Shown piece by piece: positions 7,422 through 13,800 of a DNA stretch of 17,372 nt (positions are counted from its first letter, which is position 1; each line of letters starts with the position of its first letter). The position numbers and the translations under genes are program-made. The stretch lies in assembly GCA_964373795.1 (NCBI GenBank), contig CAYJVY010000001.1, forward strand, positions 171,341-188,712. Direction: 5' to 3'. The notes beneath the pieces are model-generated. The model was not told the origin of the DNA. It did not search any database and worked only from the letters and a program-made list of their open reading frames with translations. This DNA comes from an uncultured archaeon. GTDB taxonomy: Archaea > Iainarchaeota > Iainarchaeia > Iainarchaeales > DATDZZ01.

Positions 7422-7428
7422 ATAATTT

Positions 7429-7671
7429 ATGCCTAATCTTACTCTTTCAATAACTGAGGAAACTAAAAAAATGATGGATAAGCACCCAGAAATTAGTTGG
7501 TCTAATGTAGTGCGTGTTATAATTGAACAGAAGCTCCGCGATTTTGAAGAAGCGGAAAGGCTTGCTTCCAAAAGCAAAATAACCGAAAAAGAATTTGAAA
7601 AGTTTATTTCAAAGGTGAATAAAGAAACAGCATTGCATGCGAAGAGGCTTCTTAATGAAAGTCACAGTTGA
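7429..7671 (+). CDS. Small antitoxin-like protein (possible ribbon-helix-helix, VapB-like)
   Basis: 80 aa. The N-terminal LSITEETKKMMDKHPEISWSNVVRVIIEQKL fits a strand-helix-helix pattern. It overlaps the downstream PIN gene by 17 nt. Confidence 0.5.
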   Translation: MPNLTLSITEETKKMMDKHPEISWSNVVRVIIEQKLRDFEEAERLASKSKITEKEFEKFISKVNKETALHAKRLLNESHS

Positions 7672-8065
7672 TGCAAATATTCTCTTTTCTGCTGTCTTGA
7701 AGCCTGGTTCTACACGAAGAATTTGGTTTAATCTTGATTTTAAATTATATGCTCCAACTTTTATTCTTACAGAATTCAAAAAGCACAGGCAATATCTATT
7801 CGAAAAAAGCAGGTTAAGTGAAGAGGAGTTTACAAATGTTGCAGGGAAAATTTTTTCCCAAACACATTTTATGGAAGATAATGAGCTGACTCCTTTTGTG
7901 CCTGCAGCAGCATCGCTTTTACAGGATCCCTTAGATTGGCTCTATCTTGCATGTGCGTTAAAAGAGGACACAGTAATCTGGAGCAATGATTTGGGATTCA
8001 AAAAACAAAATCGAATAAAGGTTTACTCAACAGAAGAAATGTTAAAAGAATTTGGTTTGCTTTAA
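7655..8065 (+). CDS. PIN-domain protein (VapC-like putative toxin ribonuclease)
   Basis: MKVTVDANILFSAVL... carries the first PIN acidic residue. Further acidic positions lie in LTEFKKH, DPLDWLYLACAL and VIWSNDLGF, the usual four-acidic PIN layout. I start at ATG 7655; the tracked ORF starts at 7637. Confidence 0.7.
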   Translation: MKVTVDANILFSAVLKPGSTRRIWFNLDFKLYAPTFILTEFKKHRQYLFEKSRLSEEEFTNVAGKIFSQTHFMEDNELTPFVPAAASLLQDPLDWLYLACALKEDTVIWSNDLGFKKQNRIKVYSTEEMLKEFGLL

Positions 8066-8085
8066 AATTTTTAAATATAATTGAT

Positions 8086-8337
8086 TTATTTTTCTTTGTA
8101 TAATCCGAAAGCAATTAATAGAATTGAAATGTATAAAACAATTGCTGAAATATCCATGATAATGTCCATTAGTCCTGGCCTGTAAAAAACATCATAAATT
8201 ACTCCGAGAAATTGGAATGGAATTAGTCTAAGAAAATCATTAATTAGTAAAACAAAGCTTAAAAACAAAGTGAACAATCTTAATAAAATGTTTAAAATTA
8301 TTCCTATTGCTCCAAGTATTACAAAAACGTTTTTCAT
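8086..8337 (-). CDS. Small hydrophobic membrane protein (about 3 predicted TM segments), function unknown
   Basis: 83 aa with hydrophobic stretches VFVILGAIGIILNILLRLFTLFLSFVLLI and ISAIVLYISILLIAFGL. I recognise no family. Confidence 0.4.
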   Translation of the reverse strand: MKNVFVILGAIGIILNILLRLFTLFLSFVLLINDFLRLIPFQFLGVIYDVFYRPGLMDIIMDISAIVLYISILLIAFGLYKEK

Positions 8338-8421
8338 AATTTAAAGATTATTGAAACGTTAAAGCTTTTAAATATATTAGTATAAATAATATATATTTTT
8401 AGAGTTTAGAGCTTGTTGAAT

Positions 8422-8455
8422 GGATTTATTTAACTTCTTAAATCCTGTTTTTTTT
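8422..8455 (+). other. Hairpin (7-bp stem, 10-nt loop) plus T8 run just upstream of the tuf ribosome-binding site
   Basis: GGATTTA at 8422-8428 pairs with TAAATCC at 8439-8445. A T8 run follows at 8448-8455. The GAGGTGA Shine-Dalgarno motif is at 8470-8476 and the tuf ATG at 8484. A very AT-rich TATA-like stretch lies at about 8368-8400. Confidence 0.35.
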
Positions 8456-8483
8456 AATGCGTAAACTGTGAGGTGAATAAAGC

Positions 8484-9755
8484 ATGGCAGAAAAGCCAAG
8501 AATTAATTTAATTTTCATTGGACATGTTGATCACGGAAAATCAACTTTAGTTGGAAGAGTTTTATACGATAGCGGAGCTCTTTCAGAACAAGAGTATAGA
8601 AAATTAAAACAAGAAGCTGATGAAAGAGGAAAAGGAACATTTGTTTTTGCTTATGTAATGGATAACTTGAAAGAAGAAAGAGAAAGAGGAGTAACAATTG
8701 ATGTTTCTTATAAAAAATTTCAAGGAAAAAATAATTTATTTACAATAATTGATGCTCCAGGACATAAAGACTTTGTTAAAAACATGATTACTGGAACAAG
8801 TCAAGCTGATGCAGCTGTATTAGTTGTTTCAGCTAAAGAAGGAATAATGCCTCAAACAAAAGAACATGCATTTTTAAGTCAAGTAATGGGAATAAAGCAA
8901 TTAACTGTTGCAATTAATAAAATGGATGAAGTTAAATACGAGCAAGCAAAATTTAATGACATTAAAGGTCAAATGGAGAAATTATTAACTGGAGTTGGAT
9001 TTAAGCCAACTCAAGTAGCTTATATTCCTTTAAGTGCATGGATTGGAGATAATGTAATAAAAAAATCTTCTAACATGGCTTGGTATACTGGGACGACTTT
9101 AGTTGAAAGACTTGATCAATTAGTTCCTCCAGAACCTCCTTTGGATAAACCTTTAAGGCTTCCAATTCAAGATGTTTACAGCATTAAAGGAGTTGGAGTT
9201 GTTCCTGTTGGAAGAGTTGAAACAGGAGTATTAAAGCCTGGAGATAAAATAATGATTGCTCCTGCAATGAAGCAAGGAGAAATTAAATCAATTGAAGCTC
9301 ATCATGAACAATTGCCTGAAGCAAAACCTGGAGACAACATTGGATTTAATGTTCGCGGTTTAGAGAAAAAAGATGTTAAAAGAGGAGACGTACTTGGACA
9401 TGTAAACGATGTTCCAACTGTTGTAAAAGAGTTTACTGCTCAAATAGTTGTATTAAATCATCCAACAGCTATTCCAGTTGGTTACACTCCTGTATTCCAT
9501 TTACATACAGCTCAAATGAGTATGACTTTAACTGAACTTCAAAAAAAATTAGATCCAAAGACTGGGCAAACAGTTGAAGAAAACCCCAAGTTTTTGAAAA
9601 CAGGGGATGCAGCAATTGTTAAAATTGTTCCAACTCAACCTCTTTGTGCAGAAGAATATAAGAAATTTCCTCAATTAGGAAGGTTTGCAATTCGTGACAT
9701 GGGTCAAACAGTTGCAGCAGGAATTATTTTGTCAATTGTTCCAAGAGACAAATAA
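8484..9755 (+). CDS. tuf: Translation elongation factor 1-alpha (aEF-1alpha/EF-Tu)
   Basis: [18 protein letters not shown] and NKMD GTPase motifs. 423 aa. A strong GAGGTGA Shine-Dalgarno motif lies 7 nt upstream. It is followed by rps10 as in archaeal operons. Confidence 0.96.
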   Translation: MAEKPRINLIFIGHVDHGKSTLVGRVLYDSGALSEQEYRKLKQEADERGKGTFVFAYVMDNLKEERERGVTIDVSYKKFQGKNNLFTIIDAPGHKDFVKNMITGTSQADAAVLVVSAKEGIMPQTKEHAFLSQVMGIKQLTVAINKMDEVKYEQAKFNDIKGQMEKLLTGVGFKPTQVAYIPLSAWIGDNVIKKSSNMAWYTGTTLVERLDQLVPPEPPLDKPLRLPIQDVYSIKGVGVVPVGRVETGVLKPGDKIMIAPAMKQGEIKSIEAHHEQLPEAKPGDNIGFNVRGLEKKDVKRGDVLGHVNDVPTVVKEFTAQIVVLNHPTAIPVGYTPVFHLHTAQMSMTLTELQKKLDPKTGQTVEENPKFLKTGDAAIVKIVPTQPLCAEEYKKFPQLGRFAIRDMGQTVAAGIILSIVPRDK

Positions 9756-9791
9756 TTCTTTTTTAATTTTTTTTATTTTAAGTGATTTTTA

Positions 9792-10103
9792 ATGCAAAAA
9801 GCCAGAATTAAATTAACTTCTTCAGACCATCTTTTATTGGATGAAATTTGCAAGCAAATAATTGAAGTAGCTAAAAGAACTGGAGTAAAGCATTCAGGCA
9901 TTATTGCTTTACCTACAAAGAAAATGGTTGTTCCAGTAAGAAAATCTCCTTGTGGAGGAGGAACTGAATCCTATGAAAGATGGCAGATGTGGATTCATAA
10001 AAGGCTTTTAGATATTGATGCAGACGATAGAACTCTTCGCAGAGTAATGAGAGTTGAAATTCCTGAAGAAGTTCAATTAGAAATCAAATTCAAGGAAAAA
10101 TAG
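9792..10103 (+). CDS. rps10: 30S ribosomal protein S10 (uS10)
   Basis: 103 aa. MQKARIKLTSSDHLLLDEICKQIIEVAKRTGVKHSGIIALPTKK...RLLDI is the typical uS10 pattern. Conserved position after tuf. Confidence 0.9.
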   Translation: MQKARIKLTSSDHLLLDEICKQIIEVAKRTGVKHSGIIALPTKKMVVPVRKSPCGGGTESYERWQMWIHKRLLDIDADDRTLRRVMRVEIPEEVQLEIKFKEK

Positions 10104-10109
10104 TTCTAC

Positions 10110-10146
10110 TTTTTTTATCAAACGAATTCTTTTTAACTGTTTTTAA
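10110..10146 (+). terminator. Cluster of oligo-T tracts downstream of rps10 (candidate archaeal terminator)
   Basis: A T7 run at 10110-10116 is followed by two further T5 tracts before the next gene. No convincing hairpin. Confidence 0.3.
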
Positions 10147-10163
10147 AATAAATATTAATTGCC

Positions 10164-10811
10164 ATGTTTCCTATACTTAATCTGAAAATTGAAAATCCTT
10201 TCATTAAATCTGCTTTACTTGGATTGATTGCAGGAATTCTTTTAGAATTTTTTTTAATTCTTTTCTCTGTATTAATTTCATTTGTATTTTTCAGTTTTTT
10301 TGGAGCAACTTCTTTCAATAGTTCTTCAAGTCTTTTTCTTATAGCTTTTTATATTATTAGTACTTTTTTAGTTATTTTTATTAGATTCTTTTTTGCTTTT
10401 TTAGTTGGCTTTGCTTCTTCTTATTTTTTGAAATCTTTTCCTCAATTGAAAAGAATTTTATTTGCAGGAATTGCAGGAATAACTAATGCAGTTGGAGCCT
10501 TTATTCTTGACATTATATTAATTATCATAGGTCTCTTGCTTTTTTTTATTATTTCAGCGTTTTCATCTTTTAGTAGTGGTGGAATGGGTTTACAGTTATT
10601 TTTTATGCAAGCTTTTTTATCATTATTAGGATTAGTATTTTACTTTTTTTTATTATTAATTTCTTTAATGATTGGAATTTTTTTAGGAGCATTACTTGGT
10701 TCTTTAGGAGGACTTGTTTCAATAATTGTTTTTCCTTCCCAGCTTAAAGAAACAGCTTCAAATATTTCTGTTAAAAGCTTTGTTGTAGAAAGATCTTTAA
10801 AGAAAAAGTGA
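10164..10811 (+). CDS. Polytopic membrane protein (about 5-6 TM segments), function unknown
   Basis: 215 aa, extremely rich in Phe/Leu/Ile/Ser, with repeated hydrophobic segments. It lies directly upstream of the alpha-2-macroglobulin-like gene on the same strand. Its stop TGA (10809-10811) overlaps GTG 10808 of the long ORF. Confidence 0.55.
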   Translation: MFPILNLKIENPFIKSALLGLIAGILLEFFLILFSVLISFVFFSFFGATSFNSSSSLFLIAFYIISTFLVIFIRFFFAFLVGFASSYFLKSFPQLKRILFAGIAGITNAVGAFILDIILIIIGLLLFFIISAFSSFSSGGMGLQLFFMQAFLSLLGLVFYFFLLLISLMIGIFLGALLGSLGGLVSIIVFPSQLKETASNISVKSFVVERSLKKK

Positions 10812-10842
10812 TTAGGTTTTTTCCTAATCATTCCTTAAGGTA

Positions 10843-10850
10843 TTTAAATA
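10843..10850 (+). promoter_or_regulatory. TATA-like TTTAAATA about 24 nt upstream of ATG 10871 (possible leaderless promoter for the A2M-like gene)
   Basis: TTTAAATA at 10843-10850 and ATG at 10871. The spacing fits an archaeal TATA box to a transcription start at or near the start codon. TATA-like strings are frequent in AT-rich DNA, so support is weak. Confidence 0.25.
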
Positions 10851-10870
10851 CTTTAATTCCTATTTATTGC

Positions 10871-13800
10871 ATGAAGTTTGCAAAACTAGTCATGCTTTTC
10901 TTCTTGTTTTCTTTTTTTTCTTCATTTGTTTCAGCTAATGGCATTTCTAACAGTAGTTATTTTTATTTGCAAATTGATTCCTCTGTTTTACCTGGCAAAC
11001 CAATTGATTTATCTTTTTGCGGAAATGCAAAGCTTGCAAGGCTTGAAATATTTAAATTAAATCCTTTAGATGCTCCTTTAGAAAAATATTTAGATAAATT
11101 AGAGGTTGAAGCACTTTTATTAAAATCTGAAAAAATTCGTTCACTTGATTTGCTTATTCAAGGAACAGATTATTGTAAAAAACAAGTACTTGAACCATTA
11201 ACTTCTGGATATTATTATTTCAAAGCATTTGAAGTAGGAATTCCAGTAGTTGATAGCTTGCTTGCAGAATATAATTTTGTTAATGTTTCATCCCTTGGAT
11301 TTATAGCAAAGCAATCTGATTCTAAAACTGCTTTTTATGTTTTTGACTTGGTTTCAGGAAAACCTTTACAAGGAGCTGAAGTTTTTTCTTTTAAAGAAGC
11401 ATTTAAGGATGCGAAATCAATTGGTTTAACTAACGAGCTTGGCTTGCTTGAAATTGATAAGGGAGAAGAAATTCAAAACGTTTTAGCTTCCTTGCAAGGA
11501 AATAATGCTTTTACTCGAACTTATTATTATGCTAGTTCTTATGATAAATTCCAAGTTTATTCTTTTACTGATCGCCCTATTTACAGGCCAAACCAAAAAG
11601 TTTTCTTTAAATCCATTGCATGGCAGAACTTGAATGGATTGAAATCTTTTTACTCTAATTCTTCAATTCAAGTTGAAATTTCTGATTCAAAAGGAAATTC
11701 TGTTTTCAAACAGTCTTTTACTTCAAATGAATTTGGAGCTATTTCAGGAGAATTTGTTTTAGGTGACGAGCCTTCTTTAGGAAATTATTCTTTAAATGTT
11801 TTAATTAACGATCAAGCTTTTTATTCTCAAGGATTTGAAGTTCAAGAATACCGAAAACCCGAATACAAGGTTTCCTTAACTCCTAGTAAAAAGCAATTTC
11901 TTAAAGGAGACAAAATTGAATTAAAGGTTTTAACTGAATACTTTTTTGGAAGCCCTGTTCCAAATGCAGATTTAGTTTTTGAAGTGCAAAAAGATTCTTC
12001 TTATTTTTCTCCTTGTTGGGGTTATTATAAATGTTTTTATGCTGAAGAATTTATTTTGCCTCCAAGGTATTTTAGAGGACAAACAGTTTTTTCAGGGCAA
12101 TTAAAAACTGATTTACAAGGAGAAGCAATTGTTTCCTTTGATTCAAATTCTTTAGAGGAAACAGATGTTACTTATACTGTAACAGTTAAAGCATTTGATG
12201 AATCTAGGAGAGAGGCAAGCGCTTCAACTCAAGTAAAAGTTAATTCGGCTTTATTCAAATTACTTGGTTTAACAAATAAATATTCTTATTCAGTTGGAGA
12301 AGAAATTAAGGTAAAAATTAAATCAATTGATAACGATAATTCTCCAGTTAATGCAAAAATTGATGTAAATGTTTCTAGAGGAGAATGGGATGCAAATTAC
12401 TCTGTTTACACAATTGAATCAATTAAATTTGACTCAGTTGAATCAAAAGAAGGAGTAGCAGATTATTCTTTCACTGTTTCTAAAGGAGGAAGTTATTCAA
12501 TTGAGTTAACCTCTAAAGATGAAAAAGGAAATCCAGTGAAATATAAATTAAATGTTTATGTTTATGAAGCTGGAAGATTTTTTGATAAATTTGATTCTTT
12601 AGAGATTTCATTGGATAAAGATGCGTATTCTCAAAACGATGTAGCTGTTTTAACAATTAATTCTCCTGTAAAAGAGTTTGTTGCATTAGTTTCAATTGAA
12701 GGAAAAAAATTATTTTATTTAAAGCCAACTTATTCTGAAACTAATTCAAAGCAATTGCATTTACAGTTAACTCCTGAAATGACTTTAAATGCATTTGTAA
12801 ATGTTTCAATTGTTAAAGACAATAAAATGTATTCAGCTGTAAAAAGAATTTTAATTCCCCCTGCAAATAAAAACTTGAATGTAGAAATTACTCCTCAAAA
12901 AGATTTTTTTAACCCCAGAGAAAAAGTTCAATTCAGAGTTAAATTAACTGATGAAGAAGGCAAACCAGTTAAAGGAGAGCTTTCACTTGGATTAGTTGAT
13001 GAATCAATTTATTCATTGAAAGAAGATTCAAGTGAAGACATTTTTAAATTCTTTTACTCTCCTGAAAGAAATTCTGTTTACACTAGTTCTTCTGTTCAAG
13101 CATTTTATTATCCAAGAGGAATAGAAGGTGAAATAATGACTGAATCAGGAATGCCTTTATTGGGTATTGCAGCTCCCAGAATGGAGAAAAGTGTTGACAG
13201 TGTTAGAAGAGAGTTTGCTGCTACAGAAATTAGAAATATTTTTGCTGACACTGCTTTTTGGAATTCATCAGTTAAAACAAATGCTGAAGGAGAAGCATTA
13301 GTTGAAGTTGACTTGCCTGATAATTTGACTACTTGGAGGGCAACAGTTAAAGCACTTGGAACTGAAATGCAGGTAGGACAAAACACTGATAAAATTGTTT
13401 CAAGAAAAAAAGTTATTGCTCGTTTAATTACTCCTCGCTTTTTAGTGCAAGGAGATGAATTAATTATTTCAGGAATTGTTCACAATTTCTTGCCTGAACA
13501 ACAAGAATTTTTAGTTCAATTAGATTCAAATGATTTAGAATTCCTTTCATCTAATGAAAAACTTGTTTCAATTGCTTCAAATGCTTCTCAAAGAATTGAT
13601 TTCACTGTAAAAGCTTCAAAGTGTTGTTCTGCAAAGCTTGCTTTAAAATCTCTTGGCTTAATTGAATCAGATGCAATGGAGTTAACTCTTCCAGTATTGC
13701 CTCATGGAGTAAAGCAAACAAAATATTTTTCAGGCGAACTTAAAGGAAATGAATTAGTTCAAGAAATTTTATTCCCTGAAAAAACAATTGCAGGAGCTGA

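Noticed and set aside
1090-8483. Compositional (GC) shift as evidence of foreign origin for the intein or the fusA-tuf insert
   Set aside because: My hand counts of single 60-nt lines were as follows. Intein: 18% (1441-1500) and 23% (1981-2040). C-extein: 48% (2701-2760). Insert: 42% (6901-6960 and 7501-7560). fusA itself ranges from 27% (4501-4560) to 45% (6301-6360). Local variation tracks amino-acid composition and is too large for these spot counts to support a claim. A proper sliding-window or codon-usage analysis is needed.
10808-10870. GTG 10808 as the start of the A2M-like protein (GTGA overlap with the upstream stop)
   Set aside because: It would place 21 residues (MIRFFPNHSLRYLNTLIPIYC) ahead of an otherwise canonical signal peptide that begins at ATG 10871. 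I kept it only as an alternative to be tested.
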